From assembly GCA_037441705.1 (NCBI GenBank), contig JBBIRR010000013.1, forward strand, positions 14,073-78,072: a DNA stretch of 64,000 nucleotides, in the 5' to 3' direction. The notes under the pieces were generated by a model. The model did not search any database, was not told where the DNA came from, and was given only the letters and a program-made list of their open reading frames with translations. Made by a program: the position numbers and the translations under genes. Origin of the DNA: Ignavibacteriales bacterium (GTDB lineage: Bacteria; Bacteroidota; Ignavibacteria; UBA10030; UBA6906). Below are positions 1-9,875 of this stretch, piece after piece. The first letter of the stretch is position 1. The number at the start of each line of letters is the position of its first letter.

Positions 1-1
1 A

Positions 2-958
2 AGCGCGGCATCTCGAAACCTGTGGGAAGCGCGGGCTCTGGTCGGAGAGTTTCTCGAGCAACCGCAGAGCGATTTCACCTACTGGATCGAACTCAGCTCG
101 GGGCGAAGTGGCAACATCACCTTGTGTGCATCACCATCGAACATCGCCGACGCGCTGGGTCCGAGAATCTTTCGGGATGACACCTCCGTTATCATGACCA
201 GCGCGACGCTCGCTGTGAACAATTCGCTGGACTACTTTCAGCGGCGCATTGGCGGTGTGGGTGTTGAGGGGCTGATTCTCGACTCGCCGTTCGACTACCG
301 GTCACAAATGCGTGTGTATATCGCACGCGATATTCCCGAGCCGGACACGAGAGAGTTTGTCGACGCGCTTCCGGCGTGGATCATGAGAAGCGTCGATCGT
401 TCGAAGGGGAAAGCGCTCGTGTTGTTTACCAGCGCGGCGCTCATGCGCGATGTGGCGCAGCGTCTGGACGAGGAGTTTGCCGCGCGCGGGCTGCGGTTGC
501 TCGTGCAGGGTGTCGACCAGCAGCGACATGAACTGCTGCAGGAATTCAAACGCGACGTGCACTCCGTCTTGTTCGGGCTTGATAGTTTCTGGCAGGGGGT
601 GGACGTGCCGGGCGAAGCCCTGGAACATGTGATTATCACGCGCCTTCCGTTTTCCTTTCCCAATCATCCTCTGATTGAAGCGAAGTTAGAAGTGATCGCC
701 CAGCGCGGCGGCAACGCGTTTACGGAGTACACGCTGCCGGAAGCTGTGCTCAAATTCCGTCAGGGCGTGGGGCGACTGCTCCGCTCCAGGTCCGACCGCG
801 GGATGGTCACGATTCTTGACGCTCGCATCGTCAAAAAACAGTATGGAAGGGTATTTTTGTCGTCCATTCCGCCCTGCAGCATCGAGCTCCTCGCACCATC
901 CGGCGAAACGGCGATGATTGCTACGGAGGGCTGGCCGGCAGATGGCGATCCTATTTGA
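2..958 (+). CDS. dinG: DinG/YoaA-family ATP-dependent helicase, C-terminal part (5' end lies upstream of the window)
   Basis: Frame is open from base 2. Helicase motifs TSATL, SPFDY, LVLFTS, FWQGVDVPG, ITRLPF, QGVGRLLRSRSDRG. Confidence 0.9.
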   Translation, partial: SAASRNLWEARALVGEFLEQPQSDFTYWIELSSGRSGNITLCASPSNIADALGPRIFRDDTSVIMTSATLAVNNSLDYFQRRIGGVGVEGLILDSPFDYRSQMRVYIARDIPEPDTREFVDALPAWIMRSVDRSKGKALVLFTSAALMRDVAQRLDEEFAARGLRLLVQGVDQQRHELLQEFKRDVHSVLFGLDSFWQGVDVPGEALEHVIITRLPFSFPNHPLIEAKLEVIAQRGGNAFTEYTLPEAVLKFRQGVGRLLRSRSDRGMVTILDARIVKKQYGRVFLSSIPPCSIELLAPSGETAMIATEGWPADGDPI

Positions 959-982
959 TTCTTCTCAGGAAATGGCTATCTT
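955..982 (+). promoter_or_regulatory. Candidate sigma70-type promoter for the HU gene
   Basis: TTGATT(955-960)-N16-TATCTT(977-982). Confidence 0.45.
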
Positions 983-1053
983 TTGACCGTTTTGAGACGA
1001 TAACGATACACGGGCGTCATCAAATATCACCACCACAAACATCAAGGAGATCT

Positions 1054-1341
1054 ATGGCAAAAGGAATGTCCAAGTCGGCAATCCTCGCTCACTTTGCGCA
1101 GAAGTTCAACATGAAGCGCAAGGACGTTGCCGCATTTTTCGACGAGCTTGCCCAACTCGCCTACAAAGAGGCAAAGAATCAGTTCACGATTCCCGGCATC
1201 GGCAAGCTGGTGATGGTTGAACGCGCGGCCCGCATGGGACGCAACCCTGCGACGGGCGAGCAAATCCAAATCCCCGCAAAGACTGTTGTAAAATTCCGCG
1301 TCGCCAAGGCGGCAAAGGACGCCATCCTCGCACAAAAGTAA
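1054..1341 (+). CDS. HU/IHF-family DNA-binding protein
   Basis: ATG at 1054 after AGGAGA. Arm motif ARMGRNPATGEQIQIPAKTVVKF; basic, 95 aa. Confidence 0.93.
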   Translation: MAKGMSKSAILAHFAQKFNMKRKDVAAFFDELAQLAYKEAKNQFTIPGIGKLVMVERAARMGRNPATGEQIQIPAKTVVKFRVAKAAKDAILAQK

Positions 1342-1372
1342 CCTGCGCGCAGAACTGCTGGACGCGTACAGG

Positions 1373-1408
1373 AAGTCCCATCGCAGGCCGGTGGGACTTT
1401 TTTCTTTT
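1373..1408 (+). terminator. Intrinsic terminator after HU
   Basis: AAGTCCCA...TGGGACTT hairpin followed by a T-rich run. Confidence 0.85.
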
Positions 1409-1446
1409 GTGAGGATGAGCGGACGTAGCTGCAATTGGAAGTTTCG

Positions 1447-1475
1447 TTGATTTTCAGAAGCAAGACGAGTATATT
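1447..1475 (+). promoter_or_regulatory. Sigma70-type promoter of the yggS operon
   Basis: TTGATT-N17-TATATT, between the HU terminator and the yggS start. Confidence 0.65.
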
Positions 1476-1491
1476 CAACGGTTGATCGTGA

Positions 1492-2187
1492 ATGATTCGC
1501 GAGAATGTCGATACCATCCGCAGTCGGATTGCGGCTGCCTGCGCCCGGTGCGGACGAGATCCGCACGAGGTTACACTCGTTGCCGTCTCGAAGACATTTC
1601 CCGCCGAGGCCATAGCGGATGCGTACGAGGCAGGAGTCTCCGACATCGGCGAGAATTACGTGCAGGAGCTTCTCGCGAAGCGCGAGCGCTTGAGCGGGCG
1701 CTCCATCCGGTGGCATTTCATCGGGCACCTGCAGTCCAACAAGGTCAAATACCTCGTGCCATGGATTCATCTCATTCATGCGGTGGACGATGTTGGGCTG
1801 GCGCGGGAGATTGACAGACGGGCGGGACACGCCGGCACGCGGGTCAACGTTCTCGTCGAAGTGAACACGACCGGTGAGCAGAGCAAGTTCGGCGTCGGGC
1901 CTTCTGCCGCCGTGGAGTTCGTCAGGAGCCTCGCGGAATTCCGGCACCTGTCGATCGCAGGTCTCATGACGATCGGCCCGTTTTTGCCGGACCCGGAAGC
2001 CTCGCGTCCGATGTTCCGCATGCTGCGCTTGCTCAGCAAGGAGCTTGCGGCGCTCGGACAGGAGAACGTACAGATGCAACACCTTTCAATGGGCATGACG
2101 GGAGATTTTGAGGTGGCGATCGAAGAAGGGGCGACACTTATCCGCATCGGCACTGCCATTTTCGGCAAGCGCACAACAAAGGGATAA
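1492..2187 (+). CDS. yggS: YggS/PLPBP pyridoxal-phosphate homeostasis protein
   Basis: Motifs LVAVSKT, GENYVQE, WHFIGHLQSNK, LSMGMTGD, RIGTAIFG. Confidence 0.96.
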   Translation: MIRENVDTIRSRIAAACARCGRDPHEVTLVAVSKTFPAEAIADAYEAGVSDIGENYVQELLAKRERLSGRSIRWHFIGHLQSNKVKYLVPWIHLIHAVDDVGLAREIDRRAGHAGTRVNVLVEVNTTGEQSKFGVGPSAAVEFVRSLAEFRHLSIAGLMTIGPFLPDPEASRPMFRMLRLLSKELAALGQENVQMQHLSMGMTGDFEVAIEEGATLIRIGTAIFGKRTTKG

Positions 2188-2212
2188 CTCACACACAGAG
2201 AGGAGAACCGCA

Positions 2213-2770
2213 ATGAAACTGACGCCGCTGGATATTCGGAAGCAGGAATTCAAGAAAGTCCTGCGAGGCTACGACCCCGTCGAGGTGGAAACCTTCGTCG
2301 AAATGATGGCAAACGAGGTGGAGAATCTCCTGAAGGAACTGAACGACTGCCGCACAAAGGTGACCGAGCTGGAGACGCAACTCAAAGACTATAAAATGAT
2401 GGAGAAGACGCTCCAGCAAACGTTGATGCAGGCGCAGGAAACCACCGGCAAGACGTACGAAGCGGCGCGCCGTGATGCCGAATCCATCATCAAAGACGCG
2501 GAAATCAAAGCTGCGCAGATCATCAACACCGCGAATGTCGAGCTCGGAAAGTTGAACAATGAAATCGGTCAGCTTCGCTCACGCCGCGATTCTCTCATCG
2601 GACGCTTGCGCGTGCTGCTCAGCTCCGAACTGGAACTGATCAAGGCACTGGAACTGGGCAGCGACCCCATTCTTGCCAGCGACACGTCGCACGGCACGGG
2701 CAAAGCTGACCTCGATCTGGACAACATCCTCAAGGCAATGGAAAATGTCGGAACTCAGGAGCCACATTGA
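2213..2770 (+). CDS. divIVA: DivIVA-domain coiled-coil protein
   Basis: N-terminal [28 protein letters not shown] signature, then a long coiled coil. AGGAG precedes ATG 2213. Confidence 0.9.
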   Translation: MKLTPLDIRKQEFKKVLRGYDPVEVETFVEMMANEVENLLKELNDCRTKVTELETQLKDYKMMEKTLQQTLMQAQETTGKTYEAARRDAESIIKDAEIKAAQIINTANVELGKLNNEIGQLRSRRDSLIGRLRVLLSSELELIKALELGSDPILASDTSHGTGKADLDLDNILKAMENVGTQEPH

Positions 2771-3566
2771 AGAGTCCGTCCGCTTCCTACGTACGAAGAC
2801 GGCGCTGCAGCCGACAATCGGGATTATTCTGGGGACGGGCCTCGGCGGACTTGCCAAAGAAATCGCACAGGAAATCGTCATCCCCTACGAACAGATTCCT
2901 CACTTCCCAGTTTCAACCGTCGAGTCGCATCATGGACGATTGATCTTCGGAACGCTGGGCGGAAAGATCGTCGTTGCGATGCAGGGACGCTTTCATTATT
3001 ACGAAGGCTACACCATGCAACAGGTCACCTTCCCGGTTCGCGTGATGAAGTTCCTCGGTGTTGATACGTTGCTCATCTCGAACGCCGCCGGCGGCATGAA
3101 CCCGCAGTTCCGTAAGGGAAGCATCATGATCATCACCGATCACATCAACCTCCAGGGTGATAATCCGCTGATCGGGCCTAACGACGATTCGCTCGGCCCG
3201 CGCTTCCCGGATATGTCCGAGCCGTACAGCAAAGCGCTCATTGCGCTTGCCGAAGAGGTTGCCCTTGATTTGAAGATCAGAGTCGAGCGCGGCGTGTTTG
3301 TGGCCGTTGCCGGACCGAACCTGGAAACGCGCGCCGAGTATCGGTTTTTGCGCTGGATTGGCGCGGACGCCGTCGGCATGTCCACGGTCCCCGAAACCAT
3401 CGTCGCGAACCACATGAACATGCGTGTGCTTGGCTTTTCCATCATCACCGACGAGTGTTTCCCCGACGCGCTGCAACCGGCGAACGTCGAGGAGATCATC
3501 GCCGTTGCGAGTGCGACCGAACCGAAACTGACGGCAATCATGAAGCGAGTTGTGGAACGATTGTAA
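2745..3566 (+). CDS. punA: Purine-nucleoside phosphorylase (trimeric type)
   Basis: Motifs [45 protein letters not shown]. Confidence 0.95.
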   Translation: MSELRSHIEESVRFLRTKTALQPTIGIILGTGLGGLAKEIAQEIVIPYEQIPHFPVSTVESHHGRLIFGTLGGKIVVAMQGRFHYYEGYTMQQVTFPVRVMKFLGVDTLLISNAAGGMNPQFRKGSIMIITDHINLQGDNPLIGPNDDSLGPRFPDMSEPYSKALIALAEEVALDLKIRVERGVFVAVAGPNLETRAEYRFLRWIGADAVGMSTVPETIVANHMNMRVLGFSIITDECFPDALQPANVEEIIAVASATEPKLTAIMKRVVERL

Positions 3567-3584
3567 CCTCAGGAGGGTGACGAG

Positions 3585-3812
3585 ATGGAGATCCATTCCA
3601 TCGGAAGAGTTTTGTTGATGGTGGGTGTGGCGCTTGCGTGCATCGGCGGGGTGTTGATGATCGCGGACAAAATCCCCTTCCTCGGCAGGCTTCCCGGCGA
3701 TATCCGCATCGAACGCGAGAATTTCCGGTTCTATTTTCCGCTGACGACGAGCATTCTCATCAGTCTGGTGGTGAGTTTCATTCTCTGGCTGATTTCTCAT
3801 TTGCGAAAGTGA
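3585..3812 (+). CDS. DUF2905-family small membrane protein
   Basis: Signature GRLPGDIRIERENFRFYFPLTTSILIS; two hydrophobic segments. Confidence 0.85.
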   Translation: MEIHSIGRVLLMVGVALACIGGVLMIADKIPFLGRLPGDIRIERENFRFYFPLTTSILISLVVSFILWLISHLRK

Positions 3813-3817
3813 ATCGT

Positions 3818-4525
3818 ATGCAAACTTCTGCACTTGTCGCCGCGCTGCTTCTCGCAGCCATCCATTCTGCCGCAGCACAAACACCTGGACCTGAACCCCC
3901 CAAGCGCACGGTGACCGTCCGAGGAGAAGGCAAGGCCACCGCCGCGCCCGACCAGGTGCGGCTAACCTTGCAGGTGAATGTACGCGGCGAAACGGCCACC
4001 GAAGCCATGCGCTCGGCAAGCAGCAAGACGCAAGCCGTTCTCGCTCTGCTCAAGAGCTTTGGTGTTGAAGAGAAAAACATCCAGACTTCGCGCGTCACCG
4101 TTACGCCGATTCTGGATTACTCGCGCCAGATTCAGCCGCCGCCCATTGTCGGCTACACGTCCTCCAACGATTTCACCGTCGTGTTCAGAGGAACGCAGAT
4201 GGATCGAGTGGGTGAGTTCATGGACCGAGCGGTGACGGCCGGGGCAACCAGCTTCGGCAGTCTGCAGTTCGAGAACTCGAAGCAGCGAGAGCTGGAACGT
4301 GAAGCGCTCGGCAAGGCCGCGGCCGATGCCCGCGCCCGCGCTCAACAGCTCGCCCGGGAACTCGGCGCAAACCTCGGTCCGGTCATCAGCATTGCCGAAA
4401 CTGTTGCGGGACGTCCCGGTCCTGTTCTGATGCGTTCCATGGCCGAAGGCACAACCGCCGCTCCGGTGATGACCGGAGAGCTGAGTATCATTGCGAACGT
4501 CGATGTCGTCTTCGAGCTGAAATAG
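3818..4525 (+). CDS. SIMPL/DUF541 (YggE/BP26-like) periplasmic protein
   Basis: Signal peptide; VTVRGEGKATAAPD, AAADARARAQQLA, C-terminal VDVVFELK. Confidence 0.88.
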   Translation: MQTSALVAALLLAAIHSAAAQTPGPEPPKRTVTVRGEGKATAAPDQVRLTLQVNVRGETATEAMRSASSKTQAVLALLKSFGVEEKNIQTSRVTVTPILDYSRQIQPPPIVGYTSSNDFTVVFRGTQMDRVGEFMDRAVTAGATSFGSLQFENSKQRELEREALGKAAADARARAQQLARELGANLGPVISIAETVAGRPGPVLMRSMAEGTTAAPVMTGELSIIANVDVVFELK

Positions 4526-4549
4526 ATAATGCTGCAGTGATAGGAAACG

Positions 4550-7500
4550 ATGTTCAAAGAACTCACAGAAAAACTCTCGTACCCCGAGCTGGAAAAGGAA
4601 ATCCTGAAGTTCTGGAAAGAGCACAGGATTTTCGAGAAGAGCATCAGCACGCGCGAAGGGAAACCGGGCTTCACCTTCTATGAAGGCCCGCCGACTGCCA
4701 ACGGGCGCCCCGGCATTCACCACGTGATGAGCCGAACGTTGAAGGATCTCGTGTGCCGGTATAAAACCATGCGCGGCTACCAGGTGCATCGCAAGGCCGG
4801 ATGGGACACACACGGGCTTCCGGTCGAGATCGAAGTCGAAAAGCAGCTCGGCTTCAAGCATAAGGATGAGATCGTTGACTTTGGTGTCGAAAAGTTCAAT
4901 CGCCTGTGCAAAGAGTCGGTGTGGAAATACAAAGCCGACTGGGAACAGATGACCGAGCAGATGGGCTACTGGGTGGATCTCTCACGGCCCTATATCACGT
5001 TCGAGAACGAGTACATCGAATCCATCTGGTGGGCGCTCAAGCGCTTCTACGACGATGGCATGATGTACAAAGGCTATAAGATTCAGCCGTACTGTCCGCG
5101 CTGCGAAACGCCTCTCTCGTCGCACGAAGTCTCCCTCGGCTACGACGACGTGAAGGACCCGAGCGTGTACGTGAAGATGCGCCTGAAGTCCCAGCCCCAT
5201 ACGTCCTTCTTGGTGTGGACGACGACGCCATGGACTCTCATCTCCAACGTTGCGCTCGCTGTTCACCCGGACGTGAAGTATGTGAGGGTGGAGCATAAAG
5301 GCGAGAAGCTGATACTTGCCGAAGCAAGACTGGGCGTCCTTGATGGTGAATACCGCCTTCTGGAAAGCATGACAGGAACGCAGCTTGCCGGACTGGAGTA
5401 CGAACGGCTGTTCTCGTATCATGATGTCGAGCGGAAAGCGTTCTTTGTCGTTGCAGCCACCTTCGTTACCACGGAAGACGGCACCGGCATCGTCCACATG
5501 GCGCCCGCGTACGGCGAGGACGACTACCAGACTGCCCTCAAGTACAATCTGCCGACGATTCACCCGGTGAACCGCAGCGGTGAGTTCGGCGCGGAGGTAA
5601 CGGACTTTGCCGGCAAGTTCGTCAAGGACGCCGATCCGCTCATCATTCAGAATCTGAAAGACCGGAAACTTCTTTACAAAAAGGAGACGATCACGCACAG
5701 CTATCCGCACTGCTGGCGCTGCGACACACCCCTTCTCTATTATGCGCGCGAGTCGTGGTACATCAGCACAACGAAGTACGCCTCCAGAATGATCGAGCTG
5801 AACAAACAGATCAACTGGGTGCCGCCCGAAGTGGGCGAAGGACGATTCGGAAACTGGCTCGAGGAGAACAAGGACTGGGCGCTGTCGCGTGACCGTTTCT
5901 GGGGAACGCCGCTGCCCATCTGGATCTGCGACACATGCAAGAAGCAGAAGTGCATCGGCAGTATCGCCGAACTGAAGCAAGGGCAGCATGTACGCGAGCC
6001 GCTGGATTTGCACAAGCCGTTCGTGGATGAGATTACCTTCGCATGCAGCTGCGGCGGGACAATGCGCCGAACGCCCGAACTGATTGACGTGTGGTTCGAC
6101 TCGGGCGCCATGTCGTTCGCCCAGTGGCACTACCCGTTTGAGAACAAAGAGCTGATCGACTCCGGCGAGCAGTATCCGGCGGATTTTATTTGTGAAGGGA
6201 TCGACCAGACACGCGGGTGGTTCTACTCCCTGCACGCCATCGGCACGTATCTGTTCAACAAGCCGGCCTACAAAAATGTGATGGTGAACGAGCTGATCCT
6301 CGACAAGGAGGGTCAGAAGATGTCCAAGTCGCGCGGCAATACGGTCGATCCGTTTGCAACGCTCGCGCGGTACGGTGCGGATACCACACGATGGTATCTC
6401 GTCACCACCAGCCCGCCCTGGCGGCCGACGATGTTCGATGAAGACGGCCTGGTGGAAGTCCAGCGCAAGTTCTTCGGCACACTGGTCAACACCTACGCGT
6501 TCTTTGCTCTGTACGCCAACGTGGACGGGTTCACCTACAGCGAGCCGCGTGTGCCCGTGCATGAGCGGCCCGAAATCGACCGCTGGATTCTTTCGGTGCT
6601 GAACTCGCTCATCAAAGAATACCTTGAGCTGATGGATGCATACGACGTGACCAAAGCGGCCAAACGCGTAAGTGCTTTCACTATCGATCAGCTTTCCAAC
6701 TGGTATGTTCGCCGGAACCGCCGCCGGTTCTGGAAAAGCGAAAAGGGAAAGGACAAGACGGCGGCGTACCAGACGTTGTACGAATGTTTGATCGCCGTGG
6801 CGAAGCTATCGGCTCCGTTCGCGCCGTTTCTTGCCGAAGAGCTTTACCGTAACCTCAACAGCGTCACGCGCCGAGAACAGCACGAGTCGGTTCACCTGGC
6901 CATGATGCCTGACGTCGAAGACGTGATTGATGCGGCGCTGGAACGACGGATGGAACGCGCCGAGCGAATTGTGGAGCTTGTCCGGGCCATCCGTATGAAG
7001 GCAAATCTCAAAGTCCGCCAGCCCCTCCGGCGCATCATCATCCCGATTGCCGCCGAGGAGGAACGCAGCGAGATTCTGCAAATGCAGGAGATTATCTGCG
7101 ACGAGATCAATGTGAAGCGGATTGAATTCGTCACCGACGATTCGGGCATCGTCAAGAAGCGCGCGAAGGCAAACTTCAAATCGATCGGCCCGAAGTTCGG
7201 CAAGTCCGTCAAGCAGATCGCCGAGCGCATCAAGGACATGAAGGACGCCGAGATCGCCGAGCTGGAACGCAACGGTTGGTACGAGTTGCCGGCAAACGGC
7301 TCCACCTACAGGATCGGAACCGAAGATGTGGAGATCGTGCGGGAAGACATCAAAGGCTGGCTCGTCGAATCCGACGGCAAGCTCACCGTTGCACTCGATA
7401 CTGAACTGACCGACGATCTGATTGACGAGGGGTTTGCACGCGAGTTCGTCAATCGCATTCAGAACATGCGCAAAGACGCAGGATTCGACGTCACGGACAG

Positions 7501-7678
7501 GATCGCTATCTCCTATCGTGCTTCCGGGCGACTTGCGCGTGCCCTGCAGAGGATGGGCGAATATATCAAGGCAGAGACTCTGGCCGTCGAGCTTATAGCG
7601 GAGTTCAAATCGGGAACAATCTCTTCCACCGAGGAGATCAATGGGGAACCGGCGGACATAGCGATCGAACGCAGATAG
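4550..7678 (+). CDS. ileS: Isoleucine--tRNA ligase, type 2 (IleRS2)
   Basis: EGPPTANG-GIHH, GWDTHGLPVE, WTTTPWTL, EGIDQTRGWF, KMSKS. Long IleRS2-type C-terminus (EGFAREFVNRIQNMRKDAGFDVTDRI). Confidence 0.98.
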   Translation: MFKELTEKLSYPELEKEILKFWKEHRIFEKSISTREGKPGFTFYEGPPTANGRPGIHHVMSRTLKDLVCRYKTMRGYQVHRKAGWDTHGLPVEIEVEKQLGFKHKDEIVDFGVEKFNRLCKESVWKYKADWEQMTEQMGYWVDLSRPYITFENEYIESIWWALKRFYDDGMMYKGYKIQPYCPRCETPLSSHEVSLGYDDVKDPSVYVKMRLKSQPHTSFLVWTTTPWTLISNVALAVHPDVKYVRVEHKGEKLILAEARLGVLDGEYRLLESMTGTQLAGLEYERLFSYHDVERKAFFVVAATFVTTEDGTGIVHMAPAYGEDDYQTALKYNLPTIHPVNRSGEFGAEVTDFAGKFVKDADPLIIQNLKDRKLLYKKETITHSYPHCWRCDTPLLYYARESWYISTTKYASRMIELNKQINWVPPEVGEGRFGNWLEENKDWALSRDRFWGTPLPIWICDTCKKQKCIGSIAELKQGQHVREPLDLHKPFVDEITFACSCGGTMRRTPELIDVWFDSGAMSFAQWHYPFENKELIDSGEQYPADFICEGIDQTRGWFYSLHAIGTYLFNKPAYKNVMVNELILDKEGQKMSKSRGNTVDPFATLARYGADTTRWYLVTTSPPWRPTMFDEDGLVEVQRKFFGTLVNTYAFFALYANVDGFTYSEPRVPVHERPEIDRWILSVLNSLIKEYLELMDAYDVTKAAKRVSAFTIDQLSNWYVRRNRRRFWKSEKGKDKTAAYQTLYECLIAVAKLSAPFAPFLAEELYRNLNSVTRREQHESVHLAMMPDVEDVIDAALERRMERAERIVELVRAIRMKANLKVRQPLRRIIIPIAAEEERSEILQMQEIICDEINVKRIEFVTDDSGIVKKRAKANFKSIGPKFGKSVKQIAERIKDMKDAEIAELERNGWYELPANGSTYRIGTEDVEIVREDIKGWLVESDGKLTVALDTELTDDLIDEGFAREFVNRIQNMRKDAGFDVTDRIAISYRASGRLARALQRMGEYIKAETLAVELIAEFKSGTISSTEEINGEPADIAIERR

Positions 7679-7711
7679 CCTGCATCTACACTCATAAGGA
7701 GACCAACCTCA

Positions 7712-8254
7712 ATGGCGAAGAAAACCTCCAGGTCAACCGCAAAGTCAGCAGCGGCACGAGCCAGAAGCGGTCAGACGCGAAAGAAAGCGAAAGTGGCAGC
7801 GCGACCCGTTAAGAAAGCTCCTGCAGTGGCACTGGGTCCCAAGCGTTACAGCGAACGGGAACTGAAGCATTTCAAAGAGCTGATCTTAGAAAAGAAACGC
7901 GAGACGATGGAAGAATTGGAGACGCTGAAGGAAAGCATGATGGATGTGACAACGGGCGAATACGTAAGCGAAAGTTCGACGTACTCGATGCACATGGAGC
8001 AGGGGACCGACGCCATGGAGCGTGAGAAGACGTTCCTGTTCGCCTCGCGCGGCAGCAAGTTCCTCAACCAGCTCGATGATGCATTACAGCGAATTGAGAA
8101 CGGCACCTACGGCATCTGTCGCGTGTGCCAGCTCCTCATTCCCAAGGAACGCCTTGAAGCGGTACCCACGGCGCAGACGTGCGCCGAGTACAAGAATACA
8201 GGCGTTCCCTGCGAGCGCGGACGCCTTGCCCTTGCCCGGATGAAGAAGCGGTGA
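7712..8254 (+). CDS. TraR/DksA-family transcription factor with Lys/Ala-rich N-terminus
   Basis: Coiled coil with QGTDAMERE, then ALQRIENGTYGICRVC...IPKERLEAVPTAQTC. Confidence 0.9.
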   Translation: MAKKTSRSTAKSAAARARSGQTRKKAKVAARPVKKAPAVALGPKRYSERELKHFKELILEKKRETMEELETLKESMMDVTTGEYVSESSTYSMHMEQGTDAMEREKTFLFASRGSKFLNQLDDALQRIENGTYGICRVCQLLIPKERLEAVPTAQTCAEYKNTGVPCERGRLALARMKKR

Positions 8255-8264
8255 GGATTCGAGC

Positions 8265-8864
8265 TTGCGCGCACTCTGGATTACGGGTACGATCGTTGTC
8301 ATCGATCAAATCTCGAAGATGTTGGTGAAGGGAATCAGCATTCCTTTTCTGGGACTGGAGATTCAAGGCATGCGCTACGGATCGAGCATCCCCATTCTTG
8401 GCGACTTCTTCCGTCTCACCTACATCGAGAACCCGGGTATGGCCTTCGGATTCGATCCGGGCGGGAAGCTGTTCTTCTCACTATTCTCCATCGCGCTCAG
8501 CATCGGCATCCTTTATTACCTGTACCATGCGCGCAACGATCGGTGGGGACTGAAGGTTGCGCTTGCTCTTATTCTCGGCGGTGCCATCGGCAACATGATT
8601 GATCGAACGTTCTACAGCGTTATCTTTGAAGACGGACCATTGTTCCATGGCAAAGTGGTTGATTTCTTTGATGTCGATTTCTTCAACATCGAGCTCTTCG
8701 GTTATTCCCTCACGCGTTGGCCTGTCTTCAACGTCGCGGACGCTGCCGTCACCACCGGGATTATTCTGCTGTTGTTGGTGCAACATCGGCGTGGAACGAA
8801 AGACCTGCCGGCACCGGTTCCCCACCCTCAGGAACACTCACCGTCGGAACCTCCTCAGCAGTAA
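8265..8864 (+). CDS. lspA: Lipoprotein signal peptidase II
   Basis: IDQISK, ENPGMAFG, GGAIGNMIDR, VVDF, WPVFNVAD. Confidence 0.95.
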   Translation: MRALWITGTIVVIDQISKMLVKGISIPFLGLEIQGMRYGSSIPILGDFFRLTYIENPGMAFGFDPGGKLFFSLFSIALSIGILYYLYHARNDRWGLKVALALILGGAIGNMIDRTFYSVIFEDGPLFHGKVVDFFDVDFFNIELFGYSLTRWPVFNVADAAVTTGIILLLLVQHRRGTKDLPAPVPHPQEHSPSEPPQQ

Positions 8865-8879
8865 GCCGCGCCTGAGCTG

Positions 8880-9842
8880 ATGCCGCATGATGTCGAGATC
8901 ATAGTACCGCCGGGCAAGAAGAAGGAGCGGATCGACGTCTTTCTCACGCACCACATCGAAAACGCGACGCGTAACAAGGTTCAGCAGGCTATCGAACGCG
9001 GCTTGGTTCTGGTAGATGGAAAGAAGGTTCGATCAAGCCATCAGCTCACAGGCGGAGAAGTTATTCACGTCACGCTTCCTCGCCCCGCGCCGCTACGAGC
9101 ACAGCCCGAGAACATCCCGCTCGACATTCTGTATGAAGATGACGACGTGTTAGTCGTCAACAAACCTGCCGGGATGGTTACGCATCCGGCGCACGGCAAT
9201 TACACCGGGACATTGGTCAACGCTCTCCTCTACCACTGCAAGCAGCTCTCCGGCGTGAATACGGAATTACGTCCCGGGATTGTTCACCGACTGGACAAGG
9301 GTACATCCGGTTTGATGGTCATAGCAAAGACCGATACGTCTCACACGGTCCTCGCCCGGCAGTTTGCCGAGCGGACAATCGGTCGGGAGTATTGGGCGCT
9401 GGTCTGGGGGACGTTCAAAGAGACATCCGGAACAATAGAAGCGGAGCTTGGGAGAAGTAAGTCGGACAGAAAGAAAATTGCCGTCGTGCTCGGCGGCAAG
9501 CATGCCATCACCGAGTATGAAGTCATCGAGCGGTTTGCCTATCTCACGCTTGTGCGTCTCCGTCTCCGAACCGGCCGCACGCACCAGATACGTGTGCATC
9601 TCGCTCACATCAATCATCCCGTGTTCGGCGATCCTACCTATCACGGGCGCCGAATAGTCGCAGGCCCGGGCACGGTACAGCAGAAGGCAGAAGTGCATGC
9701 CCTCCTTCAGCTCATAAGCAGACAGGCACTGCACGCCAAGACCCTTGAATTTACCCATCCGAAGACAGGAAAGCGCCTGTCGTTCGATTCGCCCTTACCT
9801 GCCGATATTTCGGCAGTTTTAGCGCATTTGCGGGGCAGCTAA
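8880..9842 (+). CDS. rluD: RluA/RluD-family pseudouridine synthase with S4 domain
   Basis: VNKPAGMVTHP, GIVHRLDKGTSG, TGRTHQIRVH, RQALHA. Confidence 0.94.
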   Translation: MPHDVEIIVPPGKKKERIDVFLTHHIENATRNKVQQAIERGLVLVDGKKVRSSHQLTGGEVIHVTLPRPAPLRAQPENIPLDILYEDDDVLVVNKPAGMVTHPAHGNYTGTLVNALLYHCKQLSGVNTELRPGIVHRLDKGTSGLMVIAKTDTSHTVLARQFAERTIGREYWALVWGTFKETSGTIEAELGRSKSDRKKIAVVLGGKHAITEYEVIERFAYLTLVRLRLRTGRTHQIRVHLAHINHPVFGDPTYHGRRIVAGPGTVQQKAEVHALLQLISRQALHAKTLEFTHPKTGKRLSFDSPLPADISAVLAHLRGS

Positions 9843-9875
9843 GAAAGTTACCTTTCTGTGTTGCCTATCACCTAC

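Noticed and set aside
2-958. DinG helicase as a sign of type IV CRISPR or another defence system
   Set aside because: Downstream context is housekeeping and no cas genes or array are visible. The upstream context lies outside the window.
4526-4549. Possible T-box leader before ileS (also checked before serS)
   Set aside because: Only 24 nt separate ileS from the upstream gene, and the serS leader is about 35 nt. There is no room and no T-box consensus.
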